Part shown: positions 41,447-52,013 of the stretch, in pieces | Layout of the letters: each line of letters starts with the position of its first letter | Position numbering within the stretch: the first letter of the stretch is position 1 | Translations under genes and position numbers: made by a program | Notes under the pieces: model-generated | The model's input: only the letters and a program-made list of their open reading frames with translations | Told to the model about the DNA's origin: nothing | Database searches by the model: none | NCBI RefSeq assembly: GCF_010672265.1 | Contig: NZ_JAAHHC010000004.1 | Span: 70,161-124,802 of the forward strand | DNA from: Moorena sp. SIO3A2 | GTDB lineage: Bacteria > Cyanobacteriota > Cyanobacteriia > Cyanobacteriales > Coleofasciculaceae | Direction of reading: 5' to 3' | DNA: 54,642 bases

Positions 41447-41734
41447 TACTTAATCAGGAACTTTTTGTGATTAAGTAATTTGTAAACCTGGGTGTATTCA
41501 TATCCTAATATAATGCATTAAATTCAATTCTATATCAAGATTATTGCACTCATTTTTAGGTGTAATTCATTCATTTTGATGACTTCAAAATACTAAAGTA
41601 TCAGTAGTTATATCAAACCGGAACTCAATAGGTTAATTGCCAAATTAGCGAGACAAACATTTTGAACTTTGATAGTTTAATTGAAGTGTCAAACAAGCAG
41701 TTTTATTAAAAAACAAAAAGGAGAGAAATAAATA

Positions 41735-42022
41735 ATGATTATTTCTGATCTAAATCATTTAGAAACTATTGCTGAAGACCCCAAAGTTGTGGGTGGATAT
41801 GGCTACTACCAACCTTACTTCCCTTTCGGATTTAACAAATTTATCAACGTCGGTATTGACATTGAAGAGAACGTAGCTACGATTGATGGCCGCGCACAAG
41901 CCTTTGGTGAGAAGACCTTCACTAACGTCACTGGCAGTACTACCACTACTGAGCATGGTTCTCAATCTACCCTAAGTACAATATCTGTTAGTTCTTCTAA
42001 GAATAAGAAGCATTATTACTAA
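41735..42022 (+). CDS. double-glycine-leader precursor peptide, family B (95 aa; leader MIISDLNHLETIAEDPKVVGG; aromatic-rich core YGYYQPYFPFGF…, ends KKHYY)
   Basis: RBS AAAGGAGAGAAATAAATAATG; leader conserved with family A; preceded by TTGCCAAATTAGCGAGACAAA motif at 41637. Confidence 0.6.
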   Translation: MIISDLNHLETIAEDPKVVGGYGYYQPYFPFGFNKFINVGIDIEENVATIDGRAQAFGEKTFTNVTGSTTTTEHGSQSTLSTISVSSSKNKKHYY

Positions 42023-42327
42023 AACGGCTTAGAGTAATCCTTGAGACTTAAGGCTATCAATGCTGCGGAAAGATGAAGCAAAAATCAGTAACATCTTTCC
42101 GCAGCATTAATCACAATGGGAGCATCCCATTTTTGTGAATTGGTAGTGGAAGCATTTTGCTTGTGGTTAGTAAAATAAGGACGTAATTGGTAGTGGGAGC
42201 ATCTTGCTCGGTACTTACAGAAAACGGTGCTCCCAATTTATCATTTTTAGTTGCTTTTATATTTAGTTGCTTTTAGATGCTCCCGATCACAATTAACTAT
42301 TACCTAATTTGACCAGGAGAATCATTC

Positions 42328-42615
42328 ATGAAAATTGCTCAATTAGAATATTTTGAGCTACAGGCAACAGACCACCCTATTTTAGGTGGTTTTGTTTTTA
42401 CTACTGCTGAAGCCTTCGCTGGTCCTGGCATTGGTGCCACTAATGCTCAGGCCGATGCGTTAGCTCAGCATACCGATACTTCCGTAGAAAGCTTTATCCA
42501 TGTAGACGAGTTCTTTTCTGAAGCTAGGGCAAAAGCTGAGGCTAGGGCTAGGGATCGTCATTACTGGGGTTATTCTGTCCATGATCCCTTTGGGATTTAT
42601 CGTTTGATTGGATAA
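42328..42615 (+). CDS. small protein, 95 aa, possible GG-leader peptide (MKIAQLEYFELQATDHPILGG | FVFTT…)
   Basis: RBS CAGGAGAATCATTCATG; GG at residue 20-21 preceded by IL; leader fit weaker than families A-C. Confidence 0.4.
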   Translation: MKIAQLEYFELQATDHPILGGFVFTTAEAFAGPGIGATNAQADALAQHTDTSVESFIHVDEFFSEARAKAEARARDRHYWGYSVHDPFGIYRLIG

Positions 42616-42899
42616 CTCAACAAATATATAGCAGTTATCAATTCGGTGAGGTACTTTGCTTATCCTTTTAAGGCAATAGGCAAGCTAGCAATAGGTAAGC
42701 TAGCAATAGTAACAAGGGTTTTAAGGGCTCCATCGCTTTTCTGATAATGTTTTTGTCAATTATCGTCCACTGATTCCAAGTTACCCGATCCGAATATTCC
42801 TGATCCGAAGTTCCCGATTTATGCAAAAAAATTAGTGAATTTTTCAATAATTAAAATGTTTTTAACTCGTTCCATTAGTAACAAAGGAGTTTAACGATT

Positions 42900-43196
42900 A
42901 TGTTTGATCACTTTCGGTTATGGGAGTTACCTGGCTCATTTACAACCATGAACGGTAGTCATTCTGCAATTATATCTGTATCGGAAGTAAATTCTGAGGC
43001 AGCAAGTACTATGAGTAATGCCATGAGCATGGATCCTAAGGGAAACATGGCTACGAGTGCAGTGCAAGCATCTGCTAATAAAGCCACAAACACTGCGGGT
43101 ATTGTTGAAGCTAGGGCTGGTACTGATAACTTCTCAGTACCTGATATTCAGGAAGCTTTTTTCACGAGGACTAACTTTTTTAGCAGATACTTCTAA
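42900..43196 (+). CDS. hypothetical small protein, 98 aa
   Basis: good RBS AAAGGAG(N9)ATG; no family. Confidence 0.35.
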   Translation: MFDHFRLWELPGSFTTMNGSHSAIISVSEVNSEAASTMSNAMSMDPKGNMATSAVQASANKATNTAGIVEARAGTDNFSVPDIQEAFFTRTNFFSRYF

Positions 43197-43442
43197 AGCT
43201 ATCAGCTTAATAAAATCTAGTTTCTGTGTGCTGGCTTCAAAACGGGGATTGAGGGGCGAGGTGTTTTGATTGAGGGATAAGTCTCAACTTTGATTTTTGC
43301 TGGCAAATACTCCGCCCTCAATTTGGCAAATTGGCAAAATTTAGGAATTGCTTTTTGTATGATGATAAGAGTCAGACAGTTAACTCAGCTGACTCTGACC
43401 AAGACTGTAAGTAGTTCCAGTTATAGTTCATAATCGGGTGTA

Positions 43443-44201
43443 ATGGTTGACCTTTCCAAAGCATCGGTGACTCCAGAGGAAATTATGTACTCCTTGAAAA
43501 AGGAGATGCATCTGAAGGGCATCTGTCAAAAAGTTTTGTATCAACGAGTTATCAATAAAGCGGCTCAAGAAAGAGGGATAACAGTCACACCAGAAGACGT
43601 GCAAGCTCAGGCGGATGAGATCCGTTATGCCAATCGTTTGGAAAAGGCAGCAGAAACATTGGCCTGGCTGGCAGATCAGATGGTGACAGCAGAGGATTGG
43701 GAAGCGGGAATTAGCGATCGCTTGCTTGCCCAAAAGCTTGCTGAGTCCTTATTTTATAAAGATGTGGAAAAAAGCTTTGCTCAAAATCGACTGGACTTTG
43801 AGCAAGTTTTGGTTTATCAAATTCTGGTGGATTCTGAGGAAATTGCTCAGGAGCTTTTCTATCAGATTGAGGAAGGAGAAATCAGTTTTTATGAAGCTGC
43901 TCATTTCTATGATATAGACCCAGAAAGGCAGCGACGGTGTGGCTATGAAGGAAAGTTGCCTCGTTGGAGTTTTAAGCCTGAGATAGCTGCCCTTATCTTT
44001 AGTGTTCAGCCAGGAGAAGTGACTCATCCCCTGCAAACCGAACAAGGATATCATCTTTTCTTAGTTGAAGAATTTATTCCAGCTGAATTAACCGAAGAAA
44101 AGTCTAAAGAAATTTTACAGAGTATGTTTCAAGAGTGGCTCAATAGTGAAGTTAACTATATGATCCATAGTGAAATTAGTACCATCAATACTGGGGAATA
44201 A
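43443..44201 (+). CDS. parvulin/PpiC-type peptidyl-prolyl cis-trans isomerase-like protein (SurA/PrsA/NifM-like), 252 aa
   Basis: C-terminal …VYQILV…EEIAQELFYQIEEGEISFYEAAHFYDID…CGYEGKLPRWSF…GEVTHPLQTEQGYHLFLVEE… resembles PpiC rotamase domain. Confidence 0.5.
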   Translation: MVDLSKASVTPEEIMYSLKKEMHLKGICQKVLYQRVINKAAQERGITVTPEDVQAQADEIRYANRLEKAAETLAWLADQMVTAEDWEAGISDRLLAQKLAESLFYKDVEKSFAQNRLDFEQVLVYQILVDSEEIAQELFYQIEEGEISFYEAAHFYDIDPERQRRCGYEGKLPRWSFKPEIAALIFSVQPGEVTHPLQTEQGYHLFLVEEFIPAELTEEKSKEILQSMFQEWLNSEVNYMIHSEISTINTGE

Positions 44202-46331
44202 TCCCAATGCTATTAATGGTTTTAGAGAGCAGGGAGCTTCGGAGCAGAGAGCAGGGGTAAGTAAATTTAATTTACCTCATAACTAAAATAACTAACGAAA
44301 ATTACTAACTAGAGTGATGTAACCATGAGACGTTCCCAGACAATCAGAAAATGGATAGTTTCAGCAGATGGTACGGTTGTAGTCCAAGCCGAAAGTACAG
44401 CAACTGCCTCTGGGGATGAAGCAACCATTATTCAAGAGGTTACTGTCAAAAGAGACTAGAGTGGCAGAATTTATAGCAGAAGTTCATCCTCTTGCTATGC
44501 TTCTTATAGTAAGTAGTTTACCTATAGCATTTCTAAATCAATTATACAAAATAATTACCGTTTTTGACCTTGTCTTGAGTAAGCATTTAGCTATCAGGTT
44601 TGGGCCTGTGACCACGCTACTTGAGGTGCTATCAGCTTTGGGTCTGTGGCCAACGGCTGACGGCTGACTGCTGAATGCTTACCAAAATCTAATGCATATA
44701 ATAGTACAACTCCAGTCTCAAAATAAACATGGGGGAGCAACCCAAAAAACAGGGGAGAGCGACCCAAATAGCCAGCCTCAAAATAAACAGGCGGTAGGAA
44801 TTTTAATTACTTTTTGACTGCCACTTTTTGACTGCCACTAAAGACAGTTGTTTAGATCAGCACATCTATGTTTAAGAACTTGAGGAACATTTTCCGAGTT
44901 CCACTCTCGCCCAGAAATTTTTAGTCTTCGATCAATTTGCTTTACTGTAGATTCATACACGATCCCAGGCAATGGAGCAAATTTCCTGAAGTTTATAGTA
45001 ACTATAATTAATAATTCGAGTTCGATGACTTTCTAGATAGTTACAAAAATTAGTTGCTTGTTTTTTCTTTAAAAGAGATATTAACTCAATAGTTTCGGTT
45101 CTTCAGTACCTACTATGCTAAATTTATAGTTTACCCCCCCCCCGAAAAGCTTACTGTGTAAGGGTTATGAGGCTATTTAACCATAAATTTTTCCCATATA
45201 GCTGCCTCTTCCTCCTGCTCCGAAGTCCCTGCTCCGAACGCGCCCCGCGTGGCCTACGGCCTCAGTCCCTTTGGCAAAGTGTTAATTTAGCATAACAAGT
45301 ACGGAAGAGCCATAAAAATAGGTAAGTTAACTGTTGATTAATTGATCTCAAGTCCTGAGGATGAGTGATGATTAACAATATCCGCGTTTTTGCTTCCCCT
45401 TACTTCTCCCCATCTCCCGATCAGTTTTAATCATTAGTATTTAAGGGTCGATGATATGACGACCAGATAGGGAGTATGGTGGTCTGTAAGCTGGCGAATT
45501 TAAGTTGGCGAATTATTGAGGGGTATAACCCCTAGGGTAATTGACAAACCGGATCACACTATCAGGGATCACAAAGCTTCTCTAGGAGCTGAGACATTGC
45601 TGTACTTGTGAATTTTGTTTAAAGTTTATAACAAGATTTTATCAAGAGAAAGTAAAGTAATTGTGAAACTATTGATAACTACTAAACTGATTATATGAAT
45701 AGTTAGTTTAGTGAAAATGTTATGAAAACTTGACAACTCTATCTAGCTGGTTAACTTCAATCTGGCCACTTAACTTCAATAAGATTTGATAAACTTTTAT
45801 TTAAGCTATTGTCAAAACCGTGAATTGATCGTGAAAACAACTTGACAGCGCCGATTAACTTCACATAGGATGATTCCGGAGATTGTCCTTGGGGTTACTG
45901 GTAAGGAATATGTAGAAAAGATTTGAAGTTTTAAGAAATATGTAAGTATATTGAGTTTTCAGGGGAAAAAACTCATAATTAATTTCACAAGCTTTTCATG
46001 AAGTTACCTAAAAAAGGGCGATCAGCCTCCCGGAGCAAGGGTGAACATCAAATTATTACTTATTACCTCGATTAGCTGGGATTGCTTAGGTGGCATCAAA
46101 CGGCAAACAGTTGTTGAATGCCACAGTACTCCTAAGTCAAATCCTAATTCAACCCCAGGGAACACTACTGGGACTATCACTAGGGAAAAAGGGAGACCAG
46201 AGTCTATGTGACTACCCAGAGTACTGTTTGAACAATCAATACTGGTGCCAATCAAATGGATCCGAAGACTCCACCTAACCATGGCGCTAGTCAATACAAG
46301 GTAAAACTAACTAAAGAAGGGGTTCTACCTA

Positions 46332-49300
46332 ATGCATCAGAAAACGGTCGGTTTAGAAAAATCAGGGCAACCACCAGATTCCCTTGGCCAATACCCGACC
46401 CAGAAATCTTCCGAGGTTATTGAACACCTAATCGCGAACTGGTTGGATAAGACCCTATCAAATACACTATTACCAGAATTTAGTCAATCCTTCCAAATTC
46501 ATAACTTTGATCTAGGTGATGAAATTATACCCTATCCTAGACGGGAGTTAAGCCAAAATTATGTTCAAAATGAACCAAATAAGTATTTTTACGTGGTCTG
46601 TTGCGGGCGGGTGCGGCTGCTAAGCTTTGATGGTGAAAAACAGCGGGACGTATCCGTACAGGTTCTTGAAGAGGGGGCAACCTTTGGGGCTGAGGAACTG
46701 TTGTGCAACCTATCTTATCCTTACCAAGCGATCGCAGCGAGTTCAGGACAGATTGCTCGGATGTCCTTAGCTGAACTGCAACCTTGGTTAGAACAGCTAC
46801 CGGAGTGGCTCGAACACCTACAGCAACAAGCTCAGCACCGGCAACGCTTGATTTTCTTCAAGACCTTAACAGCATTGCGATCGCTTGACAGCATCACTCT
46901 ACAGCAATTGTTGCCCTACCTGGTAGACACACGGATTTCCGCTGGGGAGTCCTTAGTTAAGTCTGGCCAAGTTGGTCGTTACTGGCTACGTAGTGGTCAG
47001 ATTGAAAGGGGCGGAGTTCAACAGAATTGCCCACTAACTATTGCAAGGGGCGAAAGTTGGGGCTATCCTCAGCCAGTGCCGGAAGATTGGATTGCTCAAA
47101 GCGATTTATGGGTAACCCATCTACCAAAGGAACATTGGGAAACTGCCCAAATGATGGCACCGGTGCTGGCAAAGTTGAGTCCACAGACGGGTCAAACCTC
47201 TGAAAATGGACACCAGAAATCAGGGGCGACTAGCGCCATAGTCCACCCAGTCCGTACTCAGCCCGGTCACAGAGTACCGCTAATTCCATCCAACCTCCCT
47301 ACCAATGGAAATGCTGAAACACAAAGTAACTCGACCCAGGCTGAGTCTAAACTGATACCATTTCCCGTACCGACGAAGCGACCTTTTATTCAGGGGTTGT
47401 GGCAACGCTATCCCTTCATTGAACAGCAATCCTCTTCAGATTGTGGCGCTGCTTGCTTGGCAATGATTGGACGCTACTGGGGCAAACGATTTAGCTTGAA
47501 TTCCCTACGGAATCTGGCAGGGGTGGGGCGTTCTGGGTCATCCCTGAAAGGGTTAGCCAGAGCATCAGAAACCTTGGGATTTCAAGCTACTCCAGTTAGA
47601 GCGTCTTTAGCTCGCCTAGCGGATCGGAGTAACCCCTGGATTGCTCACTGGCAAGGTGATCATTATATAGTTGTCTATTCGGTCAAAGGGGAGAAGGTAC
47701 TTGTTGCGGATCCAGCTGTGGGAAAGCGGACGCTTTCTCGACAACAATTTCTAGAGGGTTGGACAGGATATGCGCTGCTGTTGAATCCTACTCCCCAGCT
47801 AGCAGGGACTCCCAATCAAAAGATTTCTCTGAATCGCTTTTGGGGATTGCTATGGCCCCATCGCATAGTCCTGTTGCAAATTATCCTAGCTTCCCTACTG
47901 CTCCAGGTTTTTGGTCTGATTACCCCCCTGTTTACCCAAATCATTTTGGATCGGGTGGTGGTTAACAAAAGTGTTGTTACCCTCAATGTGTTTGCAATTG
48001 GTCTAGTCATCTTTGGCCTTTGGAGCATAGGCTTGAGTGTCACCAGACGCTACCTGCTGGATTACTTTTCCAATCGACTCAGTCTTACCTTTGTCAGTGG
48101 TTTTATTAAGCATACCCTCACACTACCCCTGAAGTTTTTTGAATCCCGCCAGGTGGGGGACATCCTGACCCGAGTCCAGGAAACTGGGAAAATTCAGGCG
48201 TTCCTGACTCAGCAAGCCATTGCTACTTGGCTGGATGTGGTAATGATGTTTGTCTATGTGGGGCTGATGCTCTACTACAACTGGCACCTAACCTTGCTGG
48301 TCCTGGCAACGATTGTACCGATTGCGATTTTGACCATAGTTGCCAGTCCATTTCTACGCCAAGTGTCCAGGGAAATCTTTAAAGAAACAGCAGCACAAAA
48401 CTCCCTGTTAGTAGAAATGATGTCGGGAGTAGCAACTGTCAAAGCAGCAGCCTCTGAACAAGAGGTGCGCTGGCGCTGGGAAGACCGCCTCACGGGTCAG
48501 TTGAATATGGTATTCAAAGGACAGAACTTGGCCAACGGCTTAGGGTCAGTCAGTGGGTTGATTAATAACCTCAGCGGCACGGCTTTACTGTGGTTCGGGG
48601 CAAGTCTGGTAATTCAGGAACAGCTCACGATTGGTCAATTTGTGGCATTCAATATGCTCATTGGTCGGGTGATTAGCCCGATTTTGTCTTTGGTGGGACT
48701 TTGGGATGAGTTCCAGGAAATCTTGGTATCGGTGGAACGGCTCGATGATGTCTTGACCACCCAGCCAGAAGAGAATACCCAAAAACCCCTGATGCCATTG
48801 CCTGCGATCGCGGGGCATGTCCAGTTTGACAATGTCAGCTTTCGCTATAGTGAGGATGATGAACAATACACCCTTCAAAACATTTCCTTCGAGGTTGCCC
48901 CTGGAAAGACCATAGCCATTGTCGGACGCAGTGGCTCGGGCAAAAGTACCTTGGTCAAGCTGCTCCAAGGACTCTATCACCCAACTACAGGCCGTATTTT
49001 GATTGATAGCCACGACATCCGACATGTTTCTCCCCAGTCTTTGCGCTCTCAATTAGGTGTGGTACCTCAAGAATGCTTTTTGTTTTCAGGGACGATTTTA
49101 GAGAACATCACCTTATACAAACCTGAGTATAGCCTCGAACAAGGGGTAGAAGTTGCCAAATTGGCTGAAGCTCATGTGTTTATTCAAAACCTGCCCCTGG
49201 GATACAACACCAAGGTTGGGGAGCGAGGGTCTAACCTGTCTGGGGGACAACGGCAACGGATTGCGATCGCCCGAGCCTTGCTGGGTAACCCCAAGATTCT

Positions 49301-49544
49301 GATTCTCGATGAAGCGACTAGCTCCCTAGATACAGAATCCGAGCGACGTTTTCAACAAAATTTAGCTCGCATTAGTCGCGATCGCACTACCTTCATCATT
49401 GCCCACCGTCTTTCTACGGTGCGCAATGCCGACTCTATACTGGTCCTCGACCAAGGTCTGATCGCAGAGCGCGGTACCCACTCCGAACTCATGGCTGAGA
49501 AAGGTCTGTACTACCACCTAGCCCAGCAGCAGCTGGATCTTTAA
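46332..49544 (+). CDS. HetC-like ABC exporter with N-terminal cNMP-binding-like domain + peptidase C39 + TMD + NBD, 1070 aa (cassette 2)
   Basis: QQSSSDCGAAC…HYIVVY C39 motifs; GRSGSGKST; LSGGQRQRIAIARAL; collinear and ~75% identical to 32802-36029. Confidence 0.9.
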   Translation: MHQKTVGLEKSGQPPDSLGQYPTQKSSEVIEHLIANWLDKTLSNTLLPEFSQSFQIHNFDLGDEIIPYPRRELSQNYVQNEPNKYFYVVCCGRVRLLSFDGEKQRDVSVQVLEEGATFGAEELLCNLSYPYQAIAASSGQIARMSLAELQPWLEQLPEWLEHLQQQAQHRQRLIFFKTLTALRSLDSITLQQLLPYLVDTRISAGESLVKSGQVGRYWLRSGQIERGGVQQNCPLTIARGESWGYPQPVPEDWIAQSDLWVTHLPKEHWETAQMMAPVLAKLSPQTGQTSENGHQKSGATSAIVHPVRTQPGHRVPLIPSNLPTNGNAETQSNSTQAESKLIPFPVPTKRPFIQGLWQRYPFIEQQSSSDCGAACLAMIGRYWGKRFSLNSLRNLAGVGRSGSSLKGLARASETLGFQATPVRASLARLADRSNPWIAHWQGDHYIVVYSVKGEKVLVADPAVGKRTLSRQQFLEGWTGYALLLNPTPQLAGTPNQKISLNRFWGLLWPHRIVLLQIILASLLLQVFGLITPLFTQIILDRVVVNKSVVTLNVFAIGLVIFGLWSIGLSVTRRYLLDYFSNRLSLTFVSGFIKHTLTLPLKFFESRQVGDILTRVQETGKIQAFLTQQAIATWLDVVMMFVYVGLMLYYNWHLTLLVLATIVPIAILTIVASPFLRQVSREIFKETAAQNSLLVEMMSGVATVKAAASEQEVRWRWEDRLTGQLNMVFKGQNLANGLGSVSGLINNLSGTALLWFGASLVIQEQLTIGQFVAFNMLIGRVISPILSLVGLWDEFQEILVSVERLDDVLTTQPEENTQKPLMPLPAIAGHVQFDNVSFRYSEDDEQYTLQNISFEVAPGKTIAIVGRSGSGKSTLVKLLQGLYHPTTGRILIDSHDIRHVSPQSLRSQLGVVPQECFLFSGTILENITLYKPEYSLEQGVEVAKLAEAHVFIQNLPLGYNTKVGERGSNLSGGQRQRIAIARALLGNPKILILDEATSSLDTESERRFQQNLARISRDRTTFIIAHRLSTVRNADSILVLDQGLIAERGTHSELMAEKGLYYHLAQQQLDL

Positions 49545-49714
49545 CCCTGGCATTTATGAAAGTTTGTAAATGTTTTTTGTAAAAAATCGCTCTCGGGGTG
49601 ATCAGGGGTGATCAGTATATCCCCCACTGTCTTCAACATTGACTTTCACCAAGGTTCGTGTTCTCAGTTTAAATCAATAGACACAAAACTACCAGTGATT
49701 ATGGGTGAACTACC

Positions 49715-51349
49715 ATGAACAAACCACAACCATCTATCCCGTCTAGAGAGGGACTCCCTGAGGGACAAACCCCTCACCCTAATCTAACCTCAGCTGAGAT
49801 TAGATCGATCTATGGGGGGACAGCGGTATCAGCACCACCACTCCCCCAATCAGCTAATCATGTTCAAAATCCGGTCACACCAACATCATCACTAGGGGCT
49901 ACCAACACTGAAAACTGGTCAACAGCCCTACAAAATTTACTGGATCAGCCACCATCGGTACTGCCCCAGAGACTGCTTTTGGGAGGATTCGCCTTCTGTA
50001 TGGTCTGTGGGGTTTGGGCAACCTTTGGCCAAATTGACGAAGTGGGTAAAGCCACAGGCAAGTTAGTGCCAAAAGGAGAAGTGTATAAAATTCATCCGAT
50101 CCAATCCGGCAAGGTCGCCAAGATTGCGGTCAAAGAAGGGGAATCGGTTACCGCTGGGCAAGTCTTGGTGGAACTGGATAAAGAACTTGGCGCTACTGAA
50201 GTAGAGCGTTTGGAGCAACTGATCAATGCTGACCAAATCAAATTAATTCAGATGCAAGGGCTGATTGAAAACATCCACCAAGAAGCCCAAACCCGTCAGC
50301 AAATTGCCAAAGCGGACATTGACGCACAACAGGCCGCTATCGCTCAGGCACAGACTAAAGTAGCCGCCTTACGAGAACAACTGATCCAACATCAGCAGGC
50401 AAACGTCGCCAGTCAGGACAGACTAGAACGCCTAAAACGGCTCAAGGCGACTACCCAAGCACTGCTCCAGCAACGACAGGATGATGCATTTGCCCTTAAG
50501 GAACGCCTAGAGAATCTCAAACCCCTGTTAGCATCAGGGGCAATCTCAAAAGAACAAGTATTTCAAGCAGAACATAGCCTACGAGCGAGTCAGCGGGTGA
50601 TTACCCAAACCCAACTGCAAGAAGCAGCCAGTAACCAAGACCAGATTTATCAAGCCCAGCAGAGTATACGCGATCGCAACAGCGCGATCACTCTGACTCA
50701 CAGCGATCTCAACCAGACCTTAGCAGAAATCCAACGACTTCAGGCAGGTCTAACTCAGAAGCAAGCGGAAGTGCATCGGACTCAGCTAGAGACCAAGCAG
50801 AAACTTCAGCAGTTGGAGATCGAACTGACTCAACTAAATGCCAAAATTGCTGAAAACCGCAATCTGCTAACTAGTGCGAAAGCTAGGCTCAAACAAAAGT
50901 TTCTCTATGCACCGGTGGATGGAGTAGTTTCCTCCCTCAATGTTGCCAATATTGGTGAAGTCTTTCAACCCGGTCAAACCATTGCCGAAGTAGCGCCCCA
51001 AGATGCGCCCCTGGTGTTATCAGCTAGTTTACCTAATCAGGAGGCAGGCTTTATCAAAGAAGGAATGCCGGTGCAAATCAAGCTTGATGCCTATCCCTAT
51101 CAGGAATACGGCATCATCAAAGGGAAAGTCACTTCCCTTTCTGCCGATGCCAAAACTGATCAACAACTTGGTTCGGTTTATGAGGTGGAAGTTTCCCTAA
51201 ACCGTGACTACGTTACAGAAGACGATCAAATGATCCGATTCAAACCTGGTCAGACAGCCAAAGCTGACATCATTATCCGCCGCCGTCGGATTGTGGATTT
51301 CTTGTTAGATCCGATCCGACAGCTGCAAAAAGGTGGTGTCAATCTATAG
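49715..51349 (+). CDS. HlyD-family membrane-fusion protein, 544 aa (cassette 2)
   Basis: collinear with 36834-38435; same C-terminal IIIRRRRIVDFLLDP. Confidence 0.85.
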   Translation: MNKPQPSIPSREGLPEGQTPHPNLTSAEIRSIYGGTAVSAPPLPQSANHVQNPVTPTSSLGATNTENWSTALQNLLDQPPSVLPQRLLLGGFAFCMVCGVWATFGQIDEVGKATGKLVPKGEVYKIHPIQSGKVAKIAVKEGESVTAGQVLVELDKELGATEVERLEQLINADQIKLIQMQGLIENIHQEAQTRQQIAKADIDAQQAAIAQAQTKVAALREQLIQHQQANVASQDRLERLKRLKATTQALLQQRQDDAFALKERLENLKPLLASGAISKEQVFQAEHSLRASQRVITQTQLQEAASNQDQIYQAQQSIRDRNSAITLTHSDLNQTLAEIQRLQAGLTQKQAEVHRTQLETKQKLQQLEIELTQLNAKIAENRNLLTSAKARLKQKFLYAPVDGVVSSLNVANIGEVFQPGQTIAEVAPQDAPLVLSASLPNQEAGFIKEGMPVQIKLDAYPYQEYGIIKGKVTSLSADAKTDQQLGSVYEVEVSLNRDYVTEDDQMIRFKPGQTAKADIIIRRRRIVDFLLDPIRQLQKGGVNL

Positions 51350-52013
51350 CAGGACTAACGCAATTTAGCCATCGACATACTGCCTGTAGGGTAATGGGGG
51401 TGGTACTAAATCCAGGTCGATTAACCCTGATGGCACAACCAGTCAGGGAAGAGGAGTACAAGGGAGGAAAAGGGATTGACTGACAAGTCGTGGGCTTTGC
51501 CCAGTTAGGGAAATTTCTGCTCAGAGGTAGCATTGAGCACGGTCAGGGAAAAGCGGTTTGAATTACCTATGGATAAAGGATTTCACAGTCTTTTCACAAA
51601 ATCTGATCCAAATGTTCACGAAATCTGATCAGAATTTTCATAAAGCTTTGTTCAAAATAGTCTTTACTGAGAGTGTTCCAAGTTTTAGAGGTTTGTCAGT
51701 CAACTAGGGGCAAGGGGGGAAGAATCTGGTGTTGTCCAAAATGGGGATGATTGATGGAGATTTAGAAGAAGAGAATCCTGATCTATCAATCGTTATTGAT
51801 TGGTAAGAGATTATTCGAGATCACCCGATCACCCGATCACCCGATCAAGCCATCTTCGCAGGTTTCACAACTCAAATCAGATGGTTAGATCAGTACTCTA
51901 ACTCTTCGCTTAATTGACCAACCAGAATCACTGACTATTGAAACTAGAGGTAGAGTTCAAGGGTAAATCCTGCAAATCCAATTCGTTGACCTTCAGATCA
52001 AAAAGAAATCATC

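Noticed and set aside
40163-42022. Lanthipeptide / classical RiPP interpretation of the GG-leader peptides
   Set aside because: Cores contain no Cys. Ser/Thr are abundant, but there are no LanB/LanC/LanM, YcaO, radical-SAM or other tailoring genes anywhere in the window.
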